The notes under the pieces: generated by a model
What the model was told of the DNA's origin: nothing
Seen by the model: only the letters and a program-made list of their open reading frames with translations
Databases searched by the model: none
From: Octopus vulgaris
Lineage: Eukaryota
Direction of reading: 5' to 3'
Assembly (NCBI GenBank): GCA_951406725.2
Contig: OX597826.1
Location: 53,134,001-53,198,000, forward strand
DNA: 64,000 bases
In this document: positions 12,753 to 25,450 of the stretch, in pieces
Numbering within the stretch: the first letter of the stretch is position 1
Layout: each line of letters opens with the position of its first letter
Made by a program: the position numbers and the translations under genes

Positions 12753-13634
12753 ACTTTGTATATGTTTATATGTACCTTAACCCTACCTCTGTATATATAC
12801 ATACATACACACACACACATATATTGTATATAAATTTGTGTGTACGTAGAAATTCACAGATGTCTGCATGTAAGGTGGCATGCATTTACACATAAACAGT
12901 TGACGTTCAAATTTAGCCGAAGTTGATTGTATCCGTCTGGGCCTGAATCCGTCTCGGGGTTAACCCCAAATTAGCCCCAATTAAGTAGATCTTTAATCAA
13001 TAGCATTCCAATTTGTCTCTGTCTTCTTTTCTTTTCTTTTTCAGGCATAATCTCTCTAGGAATAAATGATACAATGTATCCTTCGTTTTTATGACGCTAT
13101 TTCTTTCAGGCGGGGCACCTGAGTTGGTCCTTTCTCGTTGGTTCGTTACACACCAAAAATGAGTCGAGGTCGCTGCAATACAGCCTCTTTGTCTGTCTGT
13201 CTGTCTGCCTGTCTGCCCCCCTCTCTCTCTCTTTCTCCCAAATGTGTCCTCTTATGCCAACGTGTGATATCACTATTTTCTATGATTTAATACCATCGAA
13301 GTCAACTTTACTCGCCCTCCTACCCACAGTCATTAAAATAAGGATCAGTAATATACTGGAATAACATTTTATCGACTGCACCCGGCCCCATCAGATTTGT
13401 ACCTCAGCAGGGAAGTTGCAAATCATGATGATGATCATGTCATCGTCGTCGTCATCATCATCATCATCATCACTAAAAATCATTATTAATGGTCCGAGAA
13501 ATACATCAAGAATTTTTCATATTTGATAAATCTAATAAGAATTAGGTACGTTTTAGGAAAACCTACAGAGAAAATGGCTAAAATTATCAAATATTATATG
13601 AGAAAGCCCTAACGATTATTTACAAACCCAAGTG

Positions 13635-14052
13635 CCTATTTCTTTACTACCCACCAGGGGCTAAACACAGAGGGGACAAACAAGGACAGACAAACGGATT
13701 AAGTCGATTACATCGATCCTAGTGCGTAACTGGTACTTAATTTATAAACCCCCAATGGATGAAAGGCAAAGTCGACCTCGGCGGAATTTGAACTCAGAAC
13801 GCAATGACAAACGAAATACCTATTTCTTTACTACCCACAAAGGACTAAACACAGAGGGGACAAACAAGGACAGACAAACGGATTAAGTCGATTACATCGA
13901 CCCCAGTGCGTCACTGGTACTTAATTTATCGACCCCCAAAGGATGAAAGGCAAAGTCGACCTCGGCGGAATTTGAACTCAGAACGTAACGGTAGACGAAA
14001 TACCGCTAAGCATTTCACCCGGCGTGCCAACGTTTCAGTCAGCTCGCCGCCT
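13635..14052 (-). mobile_element. Tandem family A SINE dimer
   Basis: Two units, junction gaaatac/ctatttctttactacccac. Confidence 0.85.
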
Positions 14053-14172
14053 GTACCACTATTGTTTGGATTATGCCAATGTTTGCCCTTAAAGATAATC
14101 CTGTAGGTATCATTACCATTCTGAGAATTACATATATTATTTTTGAAACGTCTCTTAACTGTTAAATATCTA

Positions 14173-14362
14173 CCATATTTGATGGCACAAAAAAACGCAC
14201 ATTTTGTTTTCCAAAAAATCTGTTTAATCATCCCTGGGTCCTATATGTAAAGTTGGGCCACCCATAAGTTAATTTTCCCCCCAGCACTCTTTTTCCTGAA
14301 TATGCGCTACGGAAATTGGGGTGCGTTTTGTATGCCCATGAATCTTTTACCATTAAATACGG
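14173..14362. mobile_element. Tc2/pogo-like MITE remnant
   Basis: ta-ccatatttgatgg..aacgcac versus gtgcgttt..ccattaaatacgg inverted termini. Confidence 0.55.
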
Positions 14363-15338
14363 CAATTCATTAGTTATCCAGCTCATTTCTTCACTACGTG
14401 ACAGCTATTTAGCACTGCTCTCTTTTTGGAATATACCAGTGTATATCCTTAGTAGTAATCTCTGCATATGTATGATTGTCGCTTTGACTGGATTGGATTG
14501 GATTTCCTATGTTCAGTCTCCTGCTGGAGGAAAGCCTCTCTATGTTTCCTCCACCAACGAGTCTGGCGTGGAGGTCATGAATTTGAGCTTGAGCTCATAC
14601 TGGTTTGATGAGTCTACTCTGCCATACTGGCTCGGCATGGCTTGGCAAGAGGGGTGCAGAATTTATACTCTTTTCTGGGAGTAGTTAAGTCGATTACATC
14701 GACCCTCTCCCCACCCAGTGCCGCTTTAACAATACAAATAGGAAGTTAAATGAAATAGCAGCAGAAATGGCGAAAATGAGTAGGCGCGGAGTGAAGTAGC
14801 TGCTTTTTGCTTTTACTGTTCTTAAGGAGATGGGCGTGATGGTATAATCTTTCAAGCATTTCCGAGAAAGCAAGGGACAGATAAATAGAGACAGGGACAG
14901 AGACAACAGAGACAGAGGCAGAAAAACTAAGAGATAGACAGAAAAAGGAGAGAGGGAGAGAGAGAGAGTTACCGGGCACTGATTGTAACCATGAAGTTGG
15001 TGCATCAAGGTAAGAAGCTAGCAAGAGTGGGGGGAAGAGGGAGGGATATAGAGAAGAATGTTCAGTAAAGGACGTGACAGTAACGCCTGTGAGAAAATCC
15101 ACGGTCACCCGTACCAGCACCATCGCCGACCAGCACCACAAACATTGCCGTAGTCACTACAAACACTACTACCATCATCACCACAAACACCACCACCACC
15201 ACTAGCACCACCACTAGCACCACCACTAGCACCACCACTAGCACCACCACCATTATCGTCACCACAAACACCACCACCGACATCCACAACAACAATAACA
15301 CCAAAGAGCCTAATACATATCAACAACAGCACCACGTT

Positions 15339-15530
15339 GAGGCGCAATGGCCCAGTGGTTAGGGCAGCAAAATCTCGGGGTCGTAAGAACGCGGTTTCGA
15401 TTCTCAGACCGGGCATTGTGAGTGTTTACTGAGCAAAAACATCTAAGCTCCACAAGGCTCCGGTGGTGGTGGGTGAACCCCGCTGTACTCTTTCTCCACA
15501 GCTTTCTCTCACTCTTTCTTCCTACTTCTG
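15339..15530 (+). mobile_element. tRNA-derived SINE, family D, truncated
   Basis: gaggcgcaatggcccagtggttagggcagc head as at 20516. Confidence 0.8.
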
Positions 15531-16334
15531 CAACAAAGCAGAGGAACCATGGTGAAACCCACTAGAGTGTGGTAAACTTTCAGACCCAGTATGTATGTAC
15601 ATGTGCCTGCGTGCGCGCGCGCGCGTGTGTGTGTATGTATGTAGGTATGTATAGTGCAGTTTAAATTTAGATTGCACGACAGTTAATAGTATTTAAAGAT
15701 CCATGTGTAATTCTTGTACATATCCAGAAGAAAAAATATGAGGAAGACTTGTTTTGTAGTTTGAATTTCGTGTAGCTCAGAGTACATATGTATAAAGTCC
15801 AGTACGAACACTAAAGAATAGAAATGAGAGTTACACAATGTCACGAGATTTTGCAATGCAATTGACTAATAAGATTTTCTTTATATGACATTATTAATGA
15901 AATGTGCATAAGATGATGTAACTAAATATTCTATAAGCAAACACTCCTGTTTCGTTCTGCTTTCCTTCTATATGTACATACATATATACAGGCATACATA
16001 GACATACATACAATCACATACAAGCACACAAACACATGTATAAATATATATACATATATATAATTGTATCGTCAAACACTATAGTCCAAAGACTATAAAT
16101 ATCATTACAACCGGCATTTTGTCATGTTCTGCTTATTCACATTTGAGGCATAACACTTTCTGTGTATTTGTTAAACGCAATTAACTAAGTTTTCTTCTAG
16201 CCAGCAGCAGATATAAGTATTTTTGCACTTTACACAGTTTTCGACAGCTCAGTCGATGCTGTATAAGTCTGATCCACTCACAAAAAATATGTTGTGGTTG
16301 GGATTGGACTAAGATCGGTTAATTTTTGATATAC

Positions 16335-16725
16335 ATATTATTTTGGTCGGATTTATGTGGGTAACAGGTAACCTTATATATCCACACGTTCGCAGCTGCC
16401 TTTCAAGTGCTTAAAACCATCCTGTCCCTAAGAGACAAACTTTCTGTAGGAGCTCTGCCGAGCCTTCAGCCATTTCTCTATATCTTTGCTTACTGTTCCC
16501 AACGCACCAATTACTATAGGCAAGACATTTACTGTTCGCATGCTCCAAATTCTTCCTATTTTGAATTTTAAAGGATTGTATTTTTTCTTTTTGTTTTACT
16601 TCCTCTTTCTTTACGATTCTGGAATCAAACGGGCATGATGGGTCGATAAGTAAACAATTTCGCTTTTCCTTATTTATAACTGTTATGTCTGATTTATAAT
16701 TTTCTAACTTTTTATCCGGTTTAGT
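16335..16725 (-). mobile_element. R4/Dong-type non-LTR retrotransposon 3' fragment (restriction-like endonuclease)
   Basis: YKSDITVINKEKRNCLLIDPSCPFD..IVIGALGTVSK..LLQKVCLLGT with frameshift. Confidence 0.8.
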
Positions 16726-16741
16726 TATCATCATTATCATT

Positions 16742-16776
<35 letters not shown>

Positions 16777-17359
16777 TATCATCATTATTTAAGGCGGCGA
16801 TTGGACAGAATCTGTAGCACGCCGGGCAAAATGCTTCCCAACACCTTCCTTAACTTTTATGGTTTTTCCTTTTTTTTTCTTCTGGTGTGTGTGTGCACGT
16901 GTGTGTGTGTGTATGTGTGTGTGTGTGTGTGTGTGCGCGCGCGCGCTAGAAAGGCGGCGAGCTGGCAGAATCGTTAGCACGTTGGGCAAAATGCTTAGCA
17001 GCATTTCATTGGTCTTTACCTTCTGAGTTCAAATTCCACCGGGGTCAACTTCATTTTGAGAGTCAAAACTCCATCTTATTATCATTGGAGAAAATCTGCA
17101 CGGACTGGACTAGGCTGTCCAGTTCTGCCTCGGTTTTGTGAATAGCTTCAGGTCATCCCGAGACGAGATGGTCTATTATTATTATTATTATTACTTATTA
17201 TTATTTATTATTATTATTTAAAGCGGTTAGTTGGCAGAATCGTTAGAGAGTGGGACATGAAACCAAGCGGTATTTCTTCTGATTCATTATGTTCTGAGAT
17301 CAAATTCCGTCGAGGTCACCTGTCTTTTATTCCTCGAGTTTAGATAAAATGAAATACTT

Positions 17360-17665
17360 CAGCGTTCATTTTCAACATATGGCTTATTTCTATCTGTAGG
17401 TCTTTATACTTTGATAATTTTTTCCTATTTTTAGAAATTTCTTTTCTTTTCTATTTTTGATAATGATGTCTGGACGGTTTGCTGATATTTCCCGGTTTGT
17501 ATGAATAGGTATGGTGGCATTCTCATTTTACATGACTGTTTGTTGATGTTGATGTTGATACCATTTCTCGGCTGTCTTGATGTTATATTCTTTACGAGTC
17601 TTCCAGTGGATGTATGCCGCTGCCTTGTGTCGTTGGATGTATTTCTGGGATGATTGTGAGAGTAG
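17360..17665 (-). mobile_element. R4/Dong-type endonuclease fragment, internally deleted
   Basis: KYIQRHKAAAYIHWK..KWYQH..NREISANRPDIII..SKYKDLQIEI. Confidence 0.8.
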
Positions 17666-17849
17666 GGTTTTCAGGCACCTCCTTCATAAGGTCCTATCAG
17701 AAGTAACTCATTGCACTTTCCTGCTGGACTCCCAAGCGCGACCAACTGAAACTATGTGTATTATCCAACTATCTTTTATTCTTGCTCTACTCTCATGTCT
17801 ACTGCCGGGTTAACCCGGCTTGAAACATTCGTTTTGTGATTCTTTCTTC

Positions 17850-18730
17850 TCACGTTCTAATTATATGTCTGTAGTACAGGAGCTGTGACCTCTCAGTGCA
17901 TAGAAGTAGCAACTCGAACTGGACACACTACCTGATCTCCGAATTACGCAATCTGTCGAGTAGCATTAATCCAGAGATCATTTGGAAGAACCCCATTTCG
18001 GCTGCTTGTAATCGCAGTCGTATTCTTTCGATCATTACACAACGTTCATAGCCATAAGTGAGGATAGGTACGGAAACCAAACTGAAGAAAGTAAGTTTGG
18101 CTTTTTTACTAATCTATCGTCTTCTGAGAATCAAATGCGGAAGCTAGCTCTTTACTGCGTCAGCTCCTGCAGATACTAGCATCCGATTCAGCCTCTAGCC
18201 ACCTATCAGATGCTTAAACTTCTCCACTTGTATCAGTGATTTTCCATTAACGTGCAGAGTGCATTCGGAAAACTTTCTTAAAGGACCAATGTCTCAATTT
18301 TTGCAACACTAATTCTCACCCCTGTTTTGTAGTACTCGGCAGCGAACCTGTTCAATGCATACTGAAGATTATTTTCTGATAAGTCAAATAGCATCATGTT
18401 GTCTGGAAATATCAACCAATCCTTCACCCGCTGATTGTGACACCACTTCAACAACGGCTGCGCATAAAAATTATGATAAAGAGAGGTGACAATACGTAAC
18501 CCAACTGAAATCCTACATCCATGTTGAAAATTTTCGACTTAGCACCATTAACCCTAACACATTCATCTGGGCGTTTTCATAGGGACCTCACAGCAATCAG
18601 AAGTTCCTCATTAATCTCAGACTCCTGCAAAACCTTGCACACCATGTCTCGTGACACGCGGTCACACGCCCTTTCGAGGTCTTTAAATCAAGCACACGCC
18701 TCTTTGCAATATTCTCATGTTTTCTCGAAG
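17850..18730 (-). mobile_element. Decayed RTE-clade LINE reverse transcriptase
   Basis: DLERACDRVSRD..GYVLSPLF..FPDN (FADD-like)..VPILTYGYE..LQAAEMGF..DRLRNSEIR. Confidence 0.8.
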
Positions 18731-19149
18731 ACTTGCAGTCGATTGTGCTGCGTCTGGGATTGATTTTCTAATTTTATTGTATTACATTTCTAGTGATATC
18801 AGGTCGTCGTTTATAATCTGCTTGGAGATGTCGACTGCCAAACGCTGGTCTACGTGTGACACACTACATGAAAACAAAACGATCGATGGAGACTCAGAAA
18901 TTTATTATGTGTCACAGAGTATTTACATTTTCATGGAATGTAAATGAATATAATTCAGCAAGTAATTAATGAAGATCAATAATTTTGTGTTAGCATATTT
19001 AATGTAGACGATACTTTAAAAACAACTACAAAACAAAGCAAAAAAACTAGTGAAGAATAATTATGTGTCAAGGACCAATATTATTTTTAATTATCAACAA
19101 GCAAGAGGAACGACTTCTATGTAAGAATTACTGAGAGATAATATTTTAA

Positions 19150-19180
19150 CTAGAATGCTACCCGTCATACGACAGGCGAC
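19150..19180 (-). mobile_element. Helitron-like 3' terminus
   Basis: Minus strand: hairpin cctgtc-gtat-gacggg then tagcattCTAG/T. Confidence 0.5.
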
Positions 19181-19230
19181 TTTGGAAATATAGTTTTGTC
19201 ACCAAAGATAATAAAATTCAACTTTTATCA

Positions 19231-19445
19231 AAGGCTGCGAGCTGGCAGAAACGTTAGCATGCCGGACGAAATGTTCAGTGGTATTTCGTCTGTTCTTATG
19301 TTCTGAGTTCAAATTCCGCAGAGGTTGACTTTACCTTTCATCCTGTCGGGGTCGATAAATTAAGTACCAGTTGCGTACTGAGGTCGATCTAATTGACTGG
19401 CCCCCACTCCCCAAAAATTTCGGGCCTTGTGCCTAGAGTAGAAAC
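19231..19445 (+). mobile_element. Family A SINE
   Basis: Family consensus match. Confidence 0.85.
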
Positions 19446-19537
19446 GAATTTAATTTTTATCATATTTTTTAGTGTTTATACCAAATGATGAAATGAACAT
19501 TAGTTTTCAAAAGAAGAATATTTATTACCTTAATATT

Positions 19538-19700
19538 GGCGCAGGAGTGGCTGTGTGGTAAGAAGCTTGCTTCCCAACCACATGGTTCTGGGTTCAGTCC
19601 CACTGCGTGACACCTTGAGCAAGTGTCTTCTACTAAAACCTCGGGCCGACCAAAGCTTTGTGAGTGAATTTGGTAGACGGAAACTGAAAGAAGACCATCG

Positions 19701-19756
<56 letters not shown>

Positions 19757-19880
19757 GTAGTTGTGTGTCTGTGTTTGTCCTCTCACCATCGATTGACAAC
19801 CGATGTTGGTGTGTTTACATCCCCATAATCTAGCGGCTCAGCAAAAGAGACTGCTAGAATAAGTACTAGGCTTACAAAGA
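19538..19880 (+). mobile_element. Family B SINE
   Basis: Family consensus match. Confidence 0.85.
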
Positions 19881-19889
19881 TTAATTTAA

Positions 19890-21960
19890 AATTAAATAAA
19901 ACAAATTTCTTATTTGTACAACCTATACTACTTGCCTATGTGATTTTTTTTCTCTCTACTGATCCTGCACGACTGTAACTCTCTGTACTGTCTCATCCCC
20001 TCTTTCTATAAGATTTCAAGCATGACTAGGAATATCTATCAGCCGACCAAGCAACCGACCGACCAACCAACAAACAAACCAACCAACCAAACAACCAAAC
20101 AACCAACCAACCAGCCAACATTTGTTGAAATCGACACCGTTGGTGTTGCTCTTATACAGCTGCATGTTTACAGAGACTAACGTCCTGTCGAGAAAGGACT
20201 GGCTGTATTGATCCCTGAGAGGTCCGGTGGGATGGACACAACATAGATAATGTGAGCAGGAAAGCCGAATGAGTCAGGAAGGCCTGGATTTCGAGTAGAA
20301 GTGGTACAATATCAGTTACCTCTGCCAAACAGAATCCACTGTTGTAACGTTAGTAACGAGAGAATGAGAAGACAGTACGACAGAGGTTGAGTGAGTTGAT
20401 GAGCAATTTCATACCAATGATTTCTGTTTTTATTTTACGTTCAAGGAAAATATAAATGTTCTGTGATACATAATAAGCATCGATCGCTTCATATTGTATG
20501 TAACTTGTGGACCGGGGAGGCGCAATGGCCCAGTGGTTAGGGCAGCGGACTCGCGGTCGTAGGATCGCGGTTTCGATTCCCAGACCGGGCGTTGTGAGTG
20601 TTTATTGAGCGAAAACACCTAAAGCTCCACGAGGCTCCGGCAGGGATGGTGGTGATCCCTGCTGTACTCTTTCACCACAACTTTCTCTCACTCTTACTTC
20701 CTGTTTCTGTTGTACCTGTATTTCAAAGGGCCGGCCTTGTCACTCTCTGTGTCACGCTGAATATCCCCGAGAACTACGTTAAGGGTACACGTGTCTGTGG
20801 AGTGCTCAGCCACTTACACGTTAATTTCACGAACAGGCTGTTCCGTTGATTCGGATCAACCGGAACCCTCGTCATCGTAACCGACGGAGTGCTTCCAACT
20901 TGTGGACGAGCATAGTAGTCCACATCTCTCTTCAGGTTATGCACTACGACCTAATATATCAGGAATTTAATTCAATAAATTTACTAAGTGACTAAACTGA
21001 GTTTGGAAACTCCGCAGACATTCTGCTTTCTCGGAAGTTTACTTCGATTCTACATTAGAAAAATTCTTAGGCCTGTGATGGGCCCTTAAAATTCATAAGG
21101 GCCAGAACTTAATCTGGTATCTATCAGATCACGACATTATCCACCCCTGGTTCATTGCAGGTTTAACTTCCCAGCCCCAGTTGGAACTCATTTTACGGCT
21201 GAGTAGGACTGGAACAATGTGAAATAAAGTGTTATTGCTCAAGAATACAACGCAACACACTGCCCGGGCCAGAAATAAACCGCATATAGTACAAATAATG
21301 TTGTTTTGGGTGCTGCCTAGGATGTCTCTATATGTAGCATCCACATCATCTCAGGTCTTGGAGCAATATTCCATTGTATGTTCTACCTGAGCCTTTCAGG
21401 CAATTATTAGTTGACGTAGAATTAAGTATTCTACAGCGTTGAAATAGGAAATTCTTTTTCTTTTACCTTATAATCAGGCTGTGTTCATGATCAGTTAGTA
21501 GACCACCAAGACTGATAGGAAGGAAGGAAGAAGGTAGCCTCAAATCGGAAACCTAGCCAGATTGTGAGCAGCAGAATAGACTCCGCTAAAGATACCCCAG
21601 ATGCCAGGTTGTGCTGTTAAACTGTCATCCTGTGTAATATCACTACGTAGCCTCCATGATCACTACTGACATAGACTCGTCTTTGAGATTCAGTCAATGC
21701 TATTTGAAAATATCGGGTCACCCGGAGAGCTCATCAGTGATTTTGAAGTTTAGTGTTTACAGTGACTGTAATGGGCTTAGTTGTATGTTTAGGGATAGGG
21801 GAGACTATTATTTCCTTGAGATGTTGAAAGGGACACGATTAGAATGAACCAATTGGCGAATGTTTTCGAGGTCTCTGTTAGAGGCAGTGAAGGTTTATTT
21901 TGGGGTGTCTAGAGTTGCATGTGGGTTTCCTTCATCAGCTGGTTGATGTAGGAAAATAGG
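19890..21960 (-). mobile_element. Fragmented CR1/Jockey-like LINE 3' half, interrupted by SINEs
   Basis: NRDLENIRQLVHSNRVPFN (about 21850), KAQVEHTMEYCS (about 21375), RYNSGFCLAEV..QYSQSFLDRT (about 20200-20350), in the expected order. Confidence 0.65.
20516..20898 (+). mobile_element. Family D SINE, near full length
   Basis: A box TGGCCCAGTGG, B box GTTTCGATTCCC; homologous to 39185-39568. Confidence 0.85.
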
Positions 21961-22344
21961 ATTGTTCAGAAATACCGCTAAGCGTTTTGTCAGTTTCTCA
22001 TCTAGGCATGGAAAACAATAGTTACGTTAATGTTTATATATTTAACACGGGGAACATAAGAAGAAGAAAAAAAACCAAAAACAAGTAGGAGTAATTATAC
22101 AATAATTATATAACAAGTACAAATAATTGTACGTTAAACCAAGGCAATAGCTATTCCTATTTACGCTATCACAATCACGTCATCATCATAATCATTGTCA
22201 TCGACATCGTCATTATCTTCATCATTAACACCACAACCTCCACGACGATGACGAGCCCCCCCCCCCGCCACCACTACCATGTAGAAGAACGACGGCAACA
22301 GCAGTAGCAGCAGTTTTACTTGTGGGTTTTACAGAGTTGTATGT

Positions 22345-22600
22345 GGAGGCGTGTGGCTTAGTGGTAAGGGTGTCAGCATCACGATCGTAAGATTGTGGTT
22401 TCGATTCCTGTACTGGGTGACGTGTTGTGTTCTTGAGCAAAACACTTCATTTCACGTTGCTCCAGTCCACTCAGACGACAAAAATGAGTAACGCTATGAG
22501 GGACTGGCGTCCTGTCCAGCTGGGGAACATATACACCATAGAAACCGGGAAACCGGGCCCATGAGCCTGGCTAGGCTTTAAAAGGGTGCATTTATTTATT
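22345..22600 (+). mobile_element. Family C (CORE-like) SINE
   Basis: tRNA head plus gtgttcttgagcaaaacacttcatttcacgttgctccagtccactcag; copies at 27340 and 35805. Confidence 0.85.
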
Positions 22601-23329
22601 TTTATTTTACAGAGTTGTAATGATGGTTTAAAAAAAAAAGCAGAAAAAATCCCCAAACAAACAAGAATTTCATTTCGCAGTTGAAGGCACCACTGAAACA
22701 AAATCTCACTCATAACAATAGTAAAATATTACACTCACACGCACACTTGTATATTTTTCTATCTGGATTCTATCACATATCTCCAGTATTTCTCTGTTAA
22801 TTTCATTTCCTTTCTCCATTTCCTTCCAATACCACTCGTTAATAACAGGAAGAAAACTGTTCTCCTTTCTTCTTCTGATAAATGAATAAATAATGTTTCT
22901 AATAAAAGTACAGGGCCTGAAAATGTTGAAAGAGAGAGAGAGAGAAAGGATTAGCTAATATTATCGAACCGGAGGAATAAAAGCAAAGTTGTCCTCGGTA
23001 AGATTTGAACTCAGAACGTAAAAGTAAAAAGCCGGAACAAATGTTAGAATCCATTTTTCCGATGCTCCAATGTATCTGTGACTACGTCACGCATACCGGT
23101 CCTTTCTGCTATAGGTACAAGGCCTAAAATTTTGGGTTGCAGTGGGGACTAGTCGATTACATTGACCCAAGTATTCGACTGACTGGTTCATAATTTCTAA
23201 TTTTTTGTGTCATGGCAGGCAATTTAGAGAGGAAGGAGAAGTCAATTACGTCAACCCTGGAATTCAACTGGCACTTATTTAATCGACTCCCAAAATCAAT
23301 CTAGGCGATATTTAAACTCAGAACGTAAA

Positions 23330-23530
23330 TAACACACACACACACACACACGCACACACACATACGACTGGCTTCTTTCAGTTTCCGTCTACCAAATTCA
23401 CTCACAAGGCTTTGGTCGTCCCGAGGCTATAGTAGAAGATACTTGCCCAAGTTGCCACGCAGTGGGACTGAACCCAGAACCATGTGGTTGGTAAGCAAGC
23501 TACTTACCACACAGCCACTCCTGCGCCTAT
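23330..23530 (-). mobile_element. Family B SINE 5' half
   Basis: Family consensus match. Confidence 0.85.
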
Positions 23531-24277
23531 TAAGAATGATTGATTTCAATCATTACACAAAATATTTAAAGATTTTTTTTTACATAATTCTTAATAATAT
23601 TTTATTATAAAAATATATGTTTTTTTAAAGCATTAAATGGCTAGGAGATGTACTATAAGACATACTTTCTCAAGATGAAGACTGCAGTTTAAAAGGTTTA
23701 CCACACATATTCGCTTTAAGTATGCTTGTAGATCGCTAAACAATATTATTTGATAGAAAACAATTATAAATTTTTCATATAATCTCTGATATTAACTGGA
23801 GGTGTATATAGACGTGTACATACATTGGAGCAGTTGTGACACCAACTAAAGTGTTACGATACGATGTTATCAGGAAGAAGGGAAGCTGACATTAAACTAA
23901 ATTACATAATTAGGGACGGCCATGTTTTTATGCTGTATTTTAAATAATATCAAATTGTCTTAGTTTTTTTCAAATAACAGTCTGTTGCGTTAATGTGGCA
24001 AAACGCTAAGGTTTCATTTGAATTATAAATTTGGATGGTGGGTGGGTGGGTTGGTTTGAACTTTTGGGATCGTCTACATGAATATTTCTATATGTAGGTC
24101 AAGGTTGAATTGTTATTCATTGCTTAGAAACGTTGCCTGTTGTCTCGTATATCACACACGCATCTGCACAGGCATACATACTCTCTCTCTCTTTCTCCTT
24201 CTCTCTCACACACGCGCGCGCACACACCACACACAAATGCGATTAATTTGGTGTATGTGTGTGTTTGTGTATATATA

Positions 24278-25150
24278 CGCGGTATGATCAATAAGTATCC
24301 GAACTGTTGCCAGTAACGAAGCTAAATCACGCAGAGTAAAGCCGCTAGGTACAGATTGACCTTAAACTCTGCTGTGCATGCGCACTAAGTTTCAACGTCC
24401 TAGCTCATTTTTGCTATTGACAGCAGAGCTTGGAAGGAACGTGTGTAGCGTGTGATCATCGCATTGAACATGACAGAGAAAGCTGAGCAGAAAATCTGTA
24501 TCAAATTTTTCCAAAAGCTTGGCGATACCTGCTCAGACGCCTATGCAAAGTTTTCAAAAAGTTTTCATCGTTGCCGACACGGTCAAGGAACTCTTTTATA
24601 ATTGAAACCCGAGTGTCTTCTTGGTCAGCTGAAAGCAGTTTTGGCACAAACTTGGCAGACACGCGTCTCATACTGATAATGGACTGAACTGAACTGTAAC
24701 TAATGTGCATATCCCCTGATAGCTCATGGTTAGTAATTTGATGATTTCCCCTCACAGCTGCACGCACATCTGTGATGTTTTCCTCATTTCTGCTGGTTGC
24801 GTGTCTCCCAGAACGTTCGTCAATATCGACATTTTTTCAGTAGTCTTAACCACTCGTACACTTGTGTGCGGCTCGCACACTCCTCTCCATACACTTTCTG
24901 CAACTTTGCATAAGCCTCTGAGCAGGTACCACCATGATAAACTTTCTTGGTCATGGCCAATGCGACGATCACACGCTACACACCTTCCTTCCAAGCATTC
25001 CTGTAAACAGCAGAAGTAAGCTATAACGTTAAATCTTAGTGCGCATGCACAGCAGAGTTCGATGTCAATGTTTGCCACGCGGTTTCACCCAGCGTGCTTT
25101 AGCTTCGTTATACTATGGCAACAGTCCGGATACTTATTGATCAGACTTCG
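24278..25150 (-). mobile_element. Mariner derivative with both ends made from the 5' end; TA flanks
   Basis: About 270-bp inverted arms; minus strand encodes EAYAKLQKVYGEECASRTQVYEW..DERSGR..RRVSAKFVPKLLSADQ; plus arm encodes MTEKAEQKICIKF. Confidence 0.9.
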
Positions 25151-25164
25151 TAGATGTGTGTGTG

Positions 25165-25450
25165 CTTATGTATATGGTGGTTGTCTACTCCTTATGCAAG
25201 GTCTGACCACCTTTTGTACTTACACCTTAGATCCATCATGGCGTCTGATGTGGCTTTTTAAACCAAACAATGTATTGAAAAGACACTCACATAGATTGCA
25301 TATCTGATTTGGACCACCAGGAGCTGTCGTTAAGTTCTGATCTTTGTGGATCTTAAAATGTCTTTTGAGGCCTCCATTGGATTTGCAGACCTTATGGCAT
25401 ACACGGCACTGAAAGGTGTGCACATATATAGAAGCAGCATAGTTGTTGGA
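25165..25450 (-). mobile_element. Two C2H2 zinc fingers plus short tail, probably an RTE-clade LINE 3' end
   Basis: CRVCHKVCKSNGGLKRHFKIH and CNLCECLFNTLFGLKSHIRRH, stop at 25220, no TGEKP linker. Confidence 0.6.

Noticed and set aside
13030-13270. Two strong-looking acceptors (tttcag) as exon 2
   Set aside because: First gives an immediate stop in phase 0; second has no convincing donor and runs into microsatellite
15062-15416. Gly/Val-rich ORFs
   Set aside because: (CAC)n-type repeat plus SINE
21700-21960. CTGATGA matches on the minus strand, and one at 57546
   Set aside because: No paired helix II plus GAAA..UH; the first two lie inside LINE coding remnants
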